Assembly: GCF_006345805.1 (NCBI RefSeq)
Contig: NC_043013.1
Span: 49,724,001 to 49,788,000 of the forward strand
DNA: 64,000 bases
DNA from: Octopus sinensis
Lineage: Eukaryota
Direction: 5' to 3'
The notes below the pieces were generated by a model. The model had not been told where the DNA came from. It did not search any database and worked only from the letters and a program-made list of their open reading frames with translations. Position numbers and translations under genes: made by a program. This document shows, piece after piece, positions 1-12,990 of this stretch. Every line of letters begins with the position of its first letter. Position 1 is the stretch's first letter.

Positions 1-45
1 ATACAGACAGGGACTATAATCGTCCGAAAATACCGTTCGAGAATT

Positions 46-94
46 CCTCATATTGGATTTAGTTTCGGCAATTTCAGTTGCCTCATCAGTAAAA
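46..94 (-). ncRNA. Degenerate hammerhead copy
   Basis: Core CTGATGA, stem II and GAAA intact. Stem I (TTTTA:TGAGG) is mostly G-U pairs and stem III is mismatched. Confidence 0.5.
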
Positions 95-408
95 ACTGGC
101 TCTACTTCGGCAGATTTCGGACTTAATTCTTTGTCTGTATAGGTTTTCATCATAAAAATCTAGGGATGGTTTAACGAATCGCTAATGTATATACCTAAAA
201 TTAAAGTAGACAGTAATGTCCAATGTCTTACCAAAAAGGAAAACTATAATTGTCACTAAATGTAACTAGGGTATTAGAAGCACCTACCTTCCTAAAAAAA
301 AGGGGGAGCTAAAATGCTCTAATGCTATAGTCAAAGCACATAATTGTTTACATATCTACATAATTATACATAATATACATAATCGTCCGAAAATACCGTT
401 CGAGAATT

Positions 409-457
409 CCTTATACTAAATTCAGTTTCGGCAATTTCCATTGCCTCATCAGTAAGG
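409..457 (-). ncRNA. Type I hammerhead ribozyme in Penelope pseudo-LTR
   Basis: Minus strand: CCTTA-CTGATGA-GGCAA(tggaaa)TTGCC-GAAA-CTGAATTTAG-TA/TAAGG. Stem I CCTTA:TAAGG, stem II 5 bp, stem III ~4 bp, GUA cleavage triplet. Confidence 0.8.
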
Positions 458-827
458 ACTGGCTCTACTTCCGCAGCTTTAAAGCATTTTAGCTCTTATT
501 TATCTAGCAATGTAGGTGCTTCCAAAGTGATCTTCATTATCTGAAAGTTGCCAAAATAAAAGTAACTATTCACGTACGTTTTCCAAGAAGCCATGTTCCG
601 CGCTAATCTGGGATCTGTGTACCGTCATCCTTTGGCGTACTGTTTTTAGTTTGACCAATATATTGTTCTCGACACCCTGAGCAAGTTAATACATATATTA
701 GGTTTTCCGAAGCACATGTGAAGTTGTTTTTCAGTGTAAAACGTTGATTGATTAGAACTGTAGCAGTAGAGTGGTTGAGAATAAACACAAGCCATACACT
801 ACTGTCCTAATGATTAGTTAGTCACTA

Positions 828-1220
828 GTGAAGACGCAATGGCCCAGTGGTTAGGGCAGCGGACTCGCGGTCATAGGATCGCGGTTTCGATTCCCAGACC
901 GAGCGTTGTGAGTGTTTATTGAGCGAAAACACCTAAAAGCTCCGCGAGGCTCCGGCAGGGGATGCTGGTGATCCCTACTGTACTCTTTCACCACAACATT
1001 CTTTCACTCTTACTTCCTGTTTCTGTTGTACCTGTACTTCAAAGGGCCGGCCTTGTCACTCTCTGTGTCACGCTGAATATCCCCGAGAACTACGTTAAGG
1101 GTACACGTGTCTGTGGAGTGCTCAGCCACTTACACGTTAATTTCACGAGCAGGCTGTTCCGTTGATTCGGATCAACCGGAACCCTCGTCGTCGTAACCGA
1201 CGGAGTGCTTCCAAAAAAAG
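828..1220 (+). mobile_element. tRNA-derived SINE with 11-bp TSD
   Basis: A box TGGCCCAGTGG, B box GTTTCGATTCC, short A tail. Flanked by gttagtcacta at 817-827 and 1221-1231. Confidence 0.85.
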
Positions 1221-2269
1221 GTTAGTCACTATAACTTTGAATAAAGATATAGCTGATTGAATTAGCCCTTCTTCATACATAGAACTTATTTATTTTATTA
1301 ACTTCGGAATTACGAAAAGTCAGCATAACGAGAACTGAGCTCATAATGTTGTAAAATGGAACTTTACATCATCTGCTCTTGTTTCGTCCGACTTTTGTTA
1401 CTTCACCAACATTGTATCAACTAAATAATAATGCTTGTTCTATCACTTTTTCTTCTGAAACATTCGATTTTTAACGTCAAGATTCAGAAATTGAATTATC
1501 TCAAAAATTTAATGTGATAGTACACGTAATACAGAGAGATATGAAACCTATTAATTATTTGTGGAAGTTCATGCTTGCATACAGCTGCATTCACTGCAAT
1601 GAATTTTGCTTTTATTTGCGCTTTTGTTTCTCCTCAGAAAATTAGCTGGATGTGACATTTCTTATCTAACTTCTGCCTTTTGCAAAAACTAGTGTTATCT
1701 CCTTCGAAATGGTTTCGGGATTGAAGGTTTTCTTGGATATCATTCAACAAAATGTCATGACCACGAATACATATTGGTATTTAAGTGATGTATTTGTTTT
1801 TAATAGTACTGTATATATTTACAGCTTAGTTTTTATTTGTTTGATAGCAGCATTAACGTTTTTTTTTTTTATCACATTTCTGTTTTGTGTATGGTTTGTA
1901 TTTAAAAGATACGAAACGAAAACAGGATAAAATATAAATATATTTTTGTGAAACTTATTCTACCAAATTTATGGTTTCAGCTATCTTTCAAAAAAATAAC
2001 ACGAATAGTACGAATCTGCAATACATATTATATCCGTTTATTAAATATTTTAATTCTATTTGTTACTTATTTCAATAATGCGACGAATGTTAATTTTGAA
2101 TTTTCAATTGTTATGATCATCATGACCGTCGTCCTCAAATAAAATATTTAATTTTCAAACGATTAATATTAAATTTGCATTGAATATAGCTTTCTCTTCC
2201 CGAAATTAAACATCCTTTCGATAAAAACATTACAAGAAACAACAATATTCTGAAAACTATTAGGAGTAG

Positions 2270-4800
2270 GAGTAGGGTAGGGTAGGGTGTTATCAATGAA
2301 GAGAAGAGGTGGTTAGGAGTGAAGAGAGGAAGTAGGTGTCAGATGAAGAGAGGAGAGGTGGTTAGGAGTGAAGAGAGGAGTGGAGTCGATGAAGAGAAGA
2401 GGGGAGTTGAGCCCGTGTGGAGCAAAAGAGCGACGAGAGAAGATTAATTTCTGTTCACGGCGAAGGCGGGAGTCCGGATGACTCCTGTACAAAGGCAGTC
2501 CGAACACAGACAGATGTTGTAGTGTATGACCGGTAGAGCGGAAATGGCACGAGAGACCGGGGTGTCATTGCCGAGTCTGATGTCTCGGAGGTGCTCCGCG
2601 AACCGGTCAACCAGGCGGCGTCCGGTATGACCGTTGCAGGAAGTGCAGGTAAAGGAGTCGGTGCTGTGATAAGGACGATGATGGGTGCCTGTGAGGATGG
2701 TGGTGTTGGAGAGGTAGGGGCAAGTACGGCAGCGTGGGCGGGAGCAGGGGAACGAGCTAGGCTGGGAGGGGGGGTTAGGGAAGAATTTGTGGACCAGGAT
2801 GTGACGCAGGTTGTGGGCTAGTTTGAAAGAGGGAAGGGGTAGTTTGGGGAAGATGTGCGAGGTGGAGAGGTTGGGCTGGAGTCGCCGGAAGGCTCGGAGA
2901 ATAGTGTGTTGGAGGGGTGACAGGTGGGGGAAAACGAGAGACGGACAACGGCGGAGCGGGTGCGTGGAGAAAGAGTAGACGCACGGTCTACAGAACGTGC
3001 CCTGGCAAGGGCAGTGTGGTTGGTAGTGAGAGGATATCCATGAAGGATGAAGTGGCGAGCCACAAGTTGTCATAAGAACCAGCGTAGACGGAGGAATAGG
3101 GAGTAGGGTATGGAGTGCTTGGTGTGTGTAGGGTGCGAGGAGGAAAAGTTAAGGTGTGAGTCGGTGTGCTTGTAGTGGATGGAGGTAGTGAGAGCGGAGT
3201 GGTATATATTGACAGAAATGTCGAGAAATGCGACGGAAGAGTTAGAAATAGTGCAGGAGAATTCGAGAGCAGGATGGAAGGATTGGACAAAAGGGAGGAA
3301 GGAGTTAGTTGTTCGTGGGAGAGTGAGATGTAACGACCCTATAATTCGGGAGTTGGACCTGTGAATCGGGAGAATATTTGGGCCTCAACGTAGCCAACGA
3401 TCAGTTTCGCTTAGTTGGGGACCTATTCTCGTTCCCATGGCCACTCCCGAATTGTGTTGGTAAAAATCCCCCGCGAACGAGAAGCCTTGAGGGAGAGAAC
3501 AAGCTCAGCCAGGCGAAGAAGTGTGGAAGTGTCAGGTTGGGGGGTTGGGTCGAAGGTCCAGAAAGTGTTTCAATGTAAGATGTCCTTCGTTGTGTGGTAT
3601 CACTGTATGTAAACTCTCGATACAAAGAGTAAAGAGAAGTTTAGAGGGGCCAGAAGGAAAGGAGAAAGAGATAAAGACACAGAAAGCAAGGTTAGTGTCG
3701 TGGATATGGGAGGGGAGGGAAGCCACTCGGGGCAAGGACAGAAACGTTAGAAACGAGCTGGCAGAAACGGTAGCACGTCGGGCGAAATGCTTAGCGGTAT
3801 TTTGTCTGCGTTACGTTGTAAGTTCAAATTCCGCCGAGGTCGACTTTGCCTTTCATCCTTTCGGGGTCGATAAATTAAGTACCAGTTACGCACTGGGGTC
3901 GATGTAATCGACTTAATACCTATGTCTGTCCTTGTTTGTCCGCTCTGTGTTTAGCCCCTTGTGGGTAGTAAAGAAATAGGTATTTAGAGACCAATTCCGT
4001 AAGGCAGTTGCAGGCAGAGACGATAGGGTGGCCTGGGTTGTTGGGCTTGTGGATTTAGGGAAGGAGGTAAATGGTGGGGGTGCGTGGAGTGCGGACGATG
4101 AGTATGGAGACGGTGGGAGGGAGACAGGAGGAGGAAATGAGGCCATGAATAGTGGGGGACACATTCTGTTTGTAGTTAGGCGTGGTGTTGGATAACAGAG
4201 GGCAATAGAAGGAGGTGTCTTGAAGTTGGCGGAAAGCTTCAGCCTTGTAGAGGATTGCGCGTCACACCACTACGGCTCCACCCTTGTCGGCCAGTTTTAT
4301 GATAATATCTTTGCGGCGTGCGAGACATCAGAGGGCCGAGGGTTCGGTCGGGGAGATGTTAAAATATCGGGGATACCTGCGAGTGTGGAACCGGTCTACG
4401 CAATGAATACGGAGATTAATACATCTGCATTTTTTTCTACAGTCAATTATACAACATATTTCACTTTAAGAATGTCCGACGTACGTTTCTGTTGCATGGA
4501 AAACTAGCAATTGCATTGGCATCCAGCAATTTCCGACTGGTTAGCAATCTATACAACTTTATTCAAGGTCTGTCCACAGATGTAGTTCAAAGAAAACTAA
4601 GTGTATGTAGGGAGAGTTTACGAAAAAAACAAAAGACGAAGACAGGTGGTGTACAAAACAAATAGATGTATTAGAATAACGCTCAGGAATAGAAAAATTC
4701 TTTTACGTTTCGAGCCTACGCTCTTCTACAGAAAAGGACACATAAAAAACAAGGAGAGAAAAAAATGTGTGTAGTGGCTAACGATCTATCATGGCGACTG
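2270..4800 (-). mobile_element. Decayed Penelope-like element (RT + GIY-YIG), interrupted by a SINE at ~3755-3985
   Basis: ORF 2444-3073 contains CSRPRCRTCPY...SFTCTS...TGRRLVDRFAEHLRDI. Upstream frames contain frameshifted RT-like segments. Hammerhead-like motif at 4700-4736. Confidence 0.8.
3755..3985 (+). mobile_element. tRNA-derived SINE, family C (central domain gaggtcgactttgcctttcatcctttcggggtcgat)
   Basis: A box ctggcagaaacg, B box gttcaaattcc. Same family at ~15295-15720, 26420-26620, 29097-30440, 30660-30895, 39395-39780, 54375-54570. The central domain resembles MetaSINE-type domains (from memory). Confidence 0.8.
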
Positions 4801-5076
4801 AGTGTATGTAGTCGTGGTTAACGTTATTTTGCTAGATTATTATAGTTTTTAAGAGAAAATAATGTGAGGGGAGATTTGGAAACTTGATATGGCTATAAAA
4901 CGTTATGTTTAAATTCGAAATGAGATTACTAAACCTTTAGGTAGGTCAAAGTGTACTTTTTCAAACCCTGGCCTTAAGGCTTGAAAACACAATATGAATT
5001 AATGACCTTCCGACATTGTGTACATCTACTAGCTATTAAATCAAAAATTGATTTCACTCACCAGATCGAGAGGCGC

Positions 5077-5121
<45 letters not shown>

Positions 5122-5557
5122 GAAATATATATATAGAAGAAATTAATATTAGAAGAAATTAATCATGTAAAAATGTTGTGTTGATTTTTAAAATGTTCAG
5201 TGATGTTGCGCGCGTAATACCGCAAGAGACAAACTGCGCCAATACCAACCAATCAGAGTAGTGGATACAACAGGGCCCAAGCAACCGAAGGTTAGCTGTT
5301 ATCTGCTACGTCCGTAATTATGTTATATATGACAGAGAGAGAGAGAAAATTTCACTAAGCGTCCGCTACAAGATTATAACAATACAAATACAATATCTCT
5401 TCTCAGCGACTTCTACGACAGTCGTCACAAAGTACCTGCACACACCACAATGTTGAAGTTTTTATTGCTCACAAGGGGCTAAACAAAGAAGGGACAACAC
5501 AGTACATTACACATGTAGGACCAAAATCGAATGAAACTGAAAAAGTAAAATGAATAA

Positions 5558-6037
5558 ATGAAAGGATGGAATGATGGTTACTGGCCGAATAAGGACGAGG
5601 ATATTGAAAAATTGGTGAAAGCCCGCAGGAGTTGTTCCCTGGCAACAAAGGCACCATCTATAAAAATTCAGCCTTGGCCCAACACTGACGTACTTTGGTC
5701 AAGATTACGCATACACTTCGCAGAACCGTTAAATAGCGGGTATTATCTAATAGTCGTGGATAGGGTTGACAAGATTCCTCCGGAAATGAAGGAGGAATGG
5801 ATAGCGGCGACAGTCCTATCCACTACAAAAGAAGAACCCAGCATTATGTCAGCTACAAGAACGCAGAAACTAAACTGCTGGGGATACGGCCTTGAGTTGT
5901 TGGTTCAGATAACTCTGGTCGATATGAACGAGATTCCAGAGGTAATTGAGTTCCCGAATGAAAAGAGAGGTATGGGTGGCTCGTCCCCGAAAACTTCCAA
6001 AAAGAAGAGGGAAATAACCCAAAAACAGCAGAGATAG
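5558..6037 (+). mobile_element. Non-LTR retrotransposon ORF1-like fragment
   Basis: Translation aligns by eye with ORF 7768-8265 (IPPE..EEWI.A...STTKEE; EIPEVI vs YPPEIRSVWLLAA...SIKEE; EIPEFI). Confidence 0.55.
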
Positions 6038-6109
6038 AAAGCGACACACCACAGCAAAGTAGCAAAGAGACTCCCAGCATGCAAGAAAAGAAAGAACAGC
6101 AGACCACGG

Positions 6110-6975
6110 ATAGGAAGGAAGAATATTTTCTTTTGTATGGCCGAAAATATGTAAATGCGGGAAGCCGACCTCCAAAGTAACGATGGAATTTCTGAACGAA
6201 CTTTTTGCGCGATATGGTGTCTGAGACACTATAGTGTCTGATAACGGAACACAGTTTATATCAAAGGAATGTAAAAACTTTCGCAAAATGCATGCAATAG
6301 AGCATATTACTATTCCGCCATACCATCCGAGATTGCATGGACTAGCAGAATGTTTCGTAGACACGTTTAAGAGGGCGCTGAAAAAATCTAGGAATGAACT
6401 ACTAGCTGATACTGCAATGATGCAATCCTTAAGTGTCTTCCCAATATCCCCTAACCCCAACACCACATCAGGTGTGTTGCCAGCTGAACTAATGTTCACC
6501 AGGAAAGTCAGGTCAGTGTTTGACAAATTACTACCGGGAAGAAAAGAAAAAAACGGAGAGAAACACCGAAAATAGGATGAAATGCTTCATGATGAAATAC
6601 ATAATAAGGTGAAACACTTTTAAAAAACCTTGCTTTTCTTTTTAAATATACAGAAACGGAAAGGAAAGTCGAGAAGAAGTTACAATAAGTAAACGTTTAG
6701 GAAAAATAACGTACATGTCAAAGAGGTCATACGTGGGAACACAAGAGACACATAAATCAACTGAAAAAAAGGTTTACCGAAGAAAGAATAAGACGTGGAA
6801 TGTCTTCATGGTATTTTTGACGTCCGGATACCTCAAGGAATAATCGAACCAACGAGTACAGCGACTAGGAAAAGAAAGCAAACAGAACTTTTGCAAGGAG
6901 AACCAAAACGAAAAAAAAAATATTCTAATTTCTTCCCGGGAAATTGAAAAAAAATGGGTGGGGGGAGAGGAGGTA
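6110..6975 (+). mobile_element. Gypsy/Ty3 integrase remnant
   Basis: SDNGTQF...HITIPPYHPRLHGLAECFVDTFKRALKK (rve core), followed by a purine tract ggggggagaggagg near 6958-6972. Confidence 0.85.
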
Positions 6976-6989
6976 ATAAATAAAAGAAA

Positions 6990-8770
6990 TGTATTTACTT
7001 GTCAACCCTTACTCTACCTATTCTTCTATCCAATTAAATTGGCAGGAGCCTTCATTCCTTATTTCCTATAGGTGCAGTGGAGTTCTTTACTGCTTTTTCT
7101 GTGAAGGCGAATCTTACCTCCACTGTACCGAATTGTTGTTGTGAAATCCTGACACCCCTGTGAGATAGCAAGTCAATTGTCCTAAACCGTATAAAGGTTA
7201 TGATAACTTGGATTTCAGACTGATAATTAATTGAATTGTAAAGAACAGTAAACGCGATTGCTTGAGGGTGGGGCTCAAACAAGGACTACCATCCCCTTTT
7301 TGTACATTTGTCATTTTTCATTCATCGTTGTATGTTTTATGTCCCCACTTGTACTGTCTTGTCTGTCCTTGTATCGTCCTTATCTGCGTCTGAGTCCTTA
7401 GTGGCTAATAAAGAATCAACAGTGTGCCGTGTTTCCTTGAGTTGCGGTTGGTTATTTGTTGTTTGACGTCGTTTTGTTGCAGTTGTTCCCATTGGGACCA
7501 CTCGTGTTCCCCCATTAGGGGTGAATTGTTTGCATTTTGTGTAGTAAATGAGCCCGCACAGAATGACTAATGATTTGTATGAAGTGTTGGAGTGACTCAG
7601 AAGAAAGTGTGGAAGGTTATGCAGCAGAGGTCGGTAAAAAGCAAAGAAGATACATCAGGCCAGAGGCCGTGAAAAAATTTCAACCATTTCTGCGGGAATA
7701 GGGAGCAAACGTGAAGAAACAAGAAAAAGAACAATAATTTATAAAACACTATCTTTTAAAACGAAGATTGGCGTCTACTGAAGAAGTTGAAAAGACCTTA
7801 AAGCCTATATTGTTCAAGGTGGCATTCATGAAAAGAGGAAAGAAATTCGGTACCATCGAGGTACAATTCAAGTCAGAATACGACGCTAGGGAGGATTCCG
7901 CGACCCTACACACAAACGAGCTGGCTCTTTTACCGTCATACCTTGGCAAAAGAACCACAAAAATCGCAATAGAAGGTTATCCACCCGAAATTAGATCGGT
8001 GTGGCTTCTGGCAGCCGCTTGCTCCAGTATCAAGGAGGAGGTGAAACTGCTGGAGTTCGAGGGGGAAAAAATGCAGAACTGGTGTGGTGGGAGTTTTCGG
8101 GCGACAATTCAAGACACACCAGCAGAATTGGAGGAAATTCCAGAATTTATAATTCTGCCTGATGAGACAAAACTGAGTCTCGGTCCAGAACAGAACCCCA
8201 AGATGTTTCTAGTGCGGACTGGAGGGACACATATGGAAAACGTGCCCCCAGATCCTTCAACCTGAAGCACAGGGGAAAAAACAGGATGAACAAAAGGAAC
8301 AGCAAGAAAAGCCTAACGAGGACGCTCCAGGTGAGGAGGTAGAGAAGCTGGAAGAGGCAGAGAAGACAGTGGAAGAGGATTGCGCCGGAGGAAGCTATAC
8401 CGTTCACATCTACCGAGGTAAGTGAGGAGGAATGGTCAGTTGCAAGGCGGAAGAAGAAACAAAATAAGTTCTCGTTCTCTTTCTCCAACAAACACAAAAG
8501 GTTTTAAAACGAATACAGAATGTATAAATTAAACAGCCACAGAGACATCACACAACTTTGTATTAACCCCACCTTCACATCAAACCACTTCACCAACCAC
8601 CCTAACGCACGCCCTGTTTTCTCTATAAAAATTTTGTACTGCCCTCAACAATCTACCATTTACATGCTTTCTAGATCCATAAAGGCCCAATTCACATCCT
8701 TCTCTTTTGCTAAAAATTTCTCACACATCTGCCTTGCTACAAATATTTGATCTGCACACCCCTCCCACTC
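6990..8770 (+). mobile_element. Non-LTR retrotransposon ORF1 remnant with CCHC zinc knuckle; 6990-7420 is an inverted related segment
   Basis: ORF 7768-8265. A shifted frame at ~8180-8250 reads RTPRCF*CGLEGHIWKTCP (CX2CX4HX4C). ORF 7052-7282 (-) shares the FGT.EV motif. Confidence 0.6.
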
Positions 8771-8869
8771 CTAAGTAAAAAGCAAACCTTTTTACCGGTT
8801 TTAATTTATAAATTATGCAACTGAATTATATAATTTATATTATATTCATTAATACAGGCATGTAAAGTA

Positions 8870-9432
8870 TTTTATTATTTATTTATTATTTATTGCGCTC
8901 AAATTTGATATGTAGATACCGACGGTATCAGGGCGTGTATAAGTCTTGAAAAAAATGCAAAAATCGATTCCAGATGAGAACGCGATCGATAAAGCCGTGG
9001 CAACGTGCATTTGTACGGGCGAGTACATCAGCTGGATGTACTTGCAGATGACGTTCTCGGGGCAAAAATTATCATGGGTCAAGGAGCAGGGGATGTTATT
9101 TTTATTTTCCTCATGCCATTGATTCCGTCGGACTGTGTTTACCCGATGAAACGCGTCCAATTCCCTATTCGCCTGAGCTTCGCGATGACCATCAACAAAG
9201 CACAGGGGCAGTCATTGAAAGTCGTGGGGCTGGACCTCAGCACTCCCTGATTTTCGCACGGACAACTGTATGTGGGCTGTTCGAGGGTTGGCTGTTCGAC
9301 AAACCTTTTCTACTACGCTCCTGGCGGAGTAGCAAGGAATGTGGATTACAAGGCTGCGCTCCACTAGCTTTTCCATGCCCTTGAACATCCCGTTAAATAA
9401 GTAAGCTTAAAATTAGTTACTTAATTTCCTAG
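8870..9432 (+). mobile_element. Helitron PIF1-like helicase C-terminal remnant
   Basis: QFPIRLSFAMTINKAQGQSLKVVGLDL..FSHGQLYVGCSRVG. Possible 3' hairpin then CTAG at 9429-9432. Confidence 0.85.
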
Positions 9433-10326
9433 GTTGCTGTTTTTCATCAAAAATTGCCCCAAGTTGATTTCCTACATGCTTTATCGGATAAACTTATTAT
9501 TGTCCCAGGTACATTCTCATAAATTCATCATGCTTTCCCATCTAGATTTACCTCCAGCTAACCAATTTGCATGCATCGTTTTTGTCCTGCTTTTCTTCCG
9601 TCAACCTGTACATAACTGCACTTTCTATTTTTTGTTTTTTGTACTGCTTAAAGGCACGTTTCTTTCCTGCCAAGCTTACTGTTTAAACCATGTTTGTGTT
9701 CTCCCAGTCAACAGCCTTATCATTACTGGTACTTTAAACACTTCGTTTCCATATTTGTGTGAATAAAACCGTTTTTCTTTGGAATAAAAAAAGTCTATCT
9801 TTATTTTTTTTTTTGCTGGTGTCTCAAATTTAGGTTACATCGGTGTTTCTCAAAGGGGAGACCTATGGGACAGTCGGACAAGTTGTTTTAAGAAAATTTG
9901 GTTTAAATGTTTGACAACTCAGCACCGTCCATTGGACGGTGGGGCGTTTTGCGCGCATATATATATAATTGCTGTTTGGGCGTATAGTCAACTCAAAAAT
10001 GACTCTTTCGAAAACATCTACAATTTCAATCAAAAAATGTTGACCACATCCAAACTACCATTCTTTAATAAACACAAAAGACCAAGACCTGGAAATGCAA
10101 TTAGAATCTTTACTGAAGAAAGTCAATTAAAACCTTGACCAATTTAAATAAAAAAAAATTCTTTTTCCTTCTCTTCTTTTTCCTCCTCCACCTTAAAAGG
10201 CCACTAAGTACTAAACAAACAAGTCTGACCATACAAAAGTCACGTCTCTTTACTTCCCCCTCCTTCTCAAAAATTTTTTTCTTCTTTCTTCTCCCTTGCT
10301 TGGAAAAAGTGCGTTTAATAACTCTT

Positions 10327-10699
10327 CATCAAACTTAGATGGACAGGTCAAAATTTCCATTTTTAAACTTGGCATACCAATCACAAGCGGTTCTTCCAGC
10401 TATGGCACCCTCTCCATACATAGCACAAATGTCTCCAGCAGCTTTTTCGGCCTTAGAACCTTGATTAAAAGCAAAAAGAAGGAGGTGTCGAAAATACTCA
10501 TTTTTCTTAACTTGACATTCCATTTTAATGATCTGAAAAAAAGGAAAAATTAACTAAAATTAACTAGAAAAAACAAAAACAAAATAAATTCCAAACTGTT
10601 TCAAAAATAGAATTCTCATAAAAAATAGATTCCAAAATTAAAAATGCAATAAATTCCAAAATTTAAAAAAACTGTTGGAACTTAGTTGCCAACCTAATA
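10327..10699 (-). mobile_element. Mariner transposon 5' end (TIR + HTH N-terminus)
   Basis: MECQVKKNEYFRHLLLFAFNQG...CDWYAKFKNGNFDL. TIR tattaggttggcaactaagttcc ending in TA near 10699. Confidence 0.85.
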
Positions 10700-11789
10700 C
10701 TATTGATAAGAGTATTGATTTGTCTGCATCATTATAGATTTACAGTTACTGTTTTATTACTTTACCAATTGCATTTGTGTGTAAATACTGAATGTTTGCA
10801 AGTCGTTTGAGACAATACAGTTATTGCATTGCAACTAATTTTGATTCTTTATTGTTTATAAAAACAATGAAAATAAATTGAACAAAAATTCTGATTTAAA
10901 ATTTCAAATACAATAAATGTGAAATTAATAGAGATTCTTACTTAAGATTTGAACACTGCTACAACTAAGGCTTATAGGAACTTAAGGAATTTAGTGTCTA
11001 AAGTGCAAAATGGCTAGGTAAAAATGATTTTTTCATGTTTGCTGTTTTTCTCAGCTGCTAGAGAGAAATATTTGATACATATTATATATCTGAGAAATTG
11101 GCCGATGAGAGCTAAAGACCTTTTTTTTTAAACATAAGCAGCTAATTGCAAAACAATCAACTTTGGTGAGTTAGATTTACAATAGAAACAAATGCGTGTG
11201 ACCTGGGTAGAATCAACATTCTGAAGACAGCTGGAACATTAACAATACCAAATAATAAGAAATACCAAATAATAGTAACACATTTTCAAAGTATTCATTC
11301 TTTAGATTCATGTGTACCACATTCCTGGCAATATTAATTAACCTGCTAGGATCACATTTAGCTACAGAGTAAAAACTGATTTCTTTTTCAACTGGATTAT
11401 GATGAAGACATTGCCAAGGAGGAGTTTCAAACAACTTAAATAATACAAATACTTAAATCGGAGAGTATAAATAGTAGAAACATACAATGTTTAATTAGAT
11501 TACTAAATTATGTGGGAAGCAGAAAAAAATTGAAACACAAAGGATATGTTTTGTCTCATATTTTATCAATGCTACTGCAGTTACTCCTAGTATTGCTGCT
11601 GCCCCCTGGTGATGATGAAGATGACATCAATGACAACAATGGCAAGGAGGAGAAAGGCTGCAGCACCGCAAAACAGATATTCAGGTTCTCAAGTAAACCA
11701 TCTTGAAAAGTGCTATTATTTCTATGAAGGTATGCAACAACTAGCTATTGAAGAAGAGACCTTCTTCAGCACAACTGAAGCACGCACAC

Positions 11790-11793
11790 ACAT

Positions 11794-11826
<33 letters not shown>

Positions 11827-11856
11827 TATTAATAAATATGTGCGTGGGTATGTATA

Positions 11857-11900
<44 letters not shown>

Positions 11901-11944
11901 CACATTCACACACACACACATAGATGTGTGTGTGTATATGTATG

Positions 11945-11998
<54 letters not shown>

Positions 11999-12002
11999 AA
12001 GG

Positions 12003-12062
<60 letters not shown>

Positions 12063-12129
12063 AAGGTAGATAGATAGATGGATACATAAATAGATAGATA
12101 GATAGATACATACATAGATAGATAGATAC

Positions 12130-12202
<73 letters not shown>

Positions 12203-12213
12203 CAGATATAGAG

Positions 12214-12258
<45 letters not shown>

Positions 12259-12285
12259 TAGAGAGATAGATAGATATAATCTTGG
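11790..12285. repeat. Compound microsatellite (TA)n,(TG)n,(CA)n,(TAGA)n
   Basis: Directly visible; explains ORFs 11722-12324, 11829-12131 and 11906-12115. Confidence 0.98.
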
Positions 12286-12774
12286 ACAGTGATGCTTAAT
12301 ATAATTATCTATGAACATTAACATGTGTCTCTCAAGCTGGATACCACTATGAAACTTCAGTTATATATTTTTGTAGTCTTTAGAATTTTCAGCTGTGCAT
12401 TCTCAGATGAGTAACTGAGCATAATGTGTGAAGCCTTAGTCTGAATAGTTTCATTACATCATCTGAGAATATGTTCCGACTCTTTTCAGTATGAAGTGTT
12501 CTTAAACAAGTATATTTGCTGGATTTTGCTATGGAAACTTCATCAGTAATAAAAAGAGATATGTTTATGTAGGCTTTCCATCCTACATTATCCAGAACAA
12601 CGGAAATTACTATTCCAGTGAAAATCCAGTGAAAGTTTTATTTATGATTAAAAATGTTCATTTTAGAAATAGAATATTTGGAATGTTGTTTTATGCTTTT
12701 ATTAGAAACTAATATTTTAACCTAAAATAAATTAGCATTTCAGATATTTAGAAAACTAAGTATTTTTTTTTTTT

Positions 12775-12990
12775 ACTTGTTTCAGTCATTTGACTGTGGC
12801 CATGCTGGAGCACTGTCTTTAGTCGAACAAATCAACCCCAGGACTTATTCTTTGTAACCCTAGTACTTATTCTATCGCTCTCTTTTGCCGAACCGCTAAA
12901 TTACGGATACATAAACACACCAACATCGGCTACCAAGCAATGATGGGTGGGGGGACAAACATAGAAATACAAGCATATATATATATATAT
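12775..12990 (-). mobile_element. SINE family A, 3' half
   Basis: tacttgtttcagtcatttgactgtggccatgctggagcac tail shared with ~15 other copies. Confidence 0.85.

Larger units (their letters stand above)
1..815 (-). mobile_element. Penelope-like element 3' remnant (GIY-YIG endonuclease fragment plus tandem pseudo-LTRs)
   Basis: ORF 603-788 reads NFTCASENLIYVLTCSGCREQYIGQT, a GIY-YIG signature. Segment taatcgtccgaaaataccgttcgagaattcct recurs at 17 and 380 (~363 bp period), each copy with a hammerhead core. Confidence 0.85.

Noticed and set aside
832-905. tRNA gene
   Set aside because: A and B boxes are present but continue into a 390-bp body with A tail and TSD: SINE head.
1350-1395. Hammerhead-like CAGATGA motifs (also ~12445-12475)
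   Set aside because: Core mismatched and GAAA/stem arrangement incomplete; at best dead relics.
5200-5330. CCAAT-box-rich putative promoter
   Set aside because: No associated host exon identified; may belong to the adjacent retroelement.
11581-11684. Possible plus-strand exon (LLLVLLLPPGDDEDDINDNNGKEEKG)
   Set aside because: No partner exons or recognisable family; could be a transposase tail; not supportable.
11722-12324. 200-aa and other long ORFs of IYLS/THTH repeats
   Set aside because: Translations of (TAGA)n and (CA)n microsatellites.
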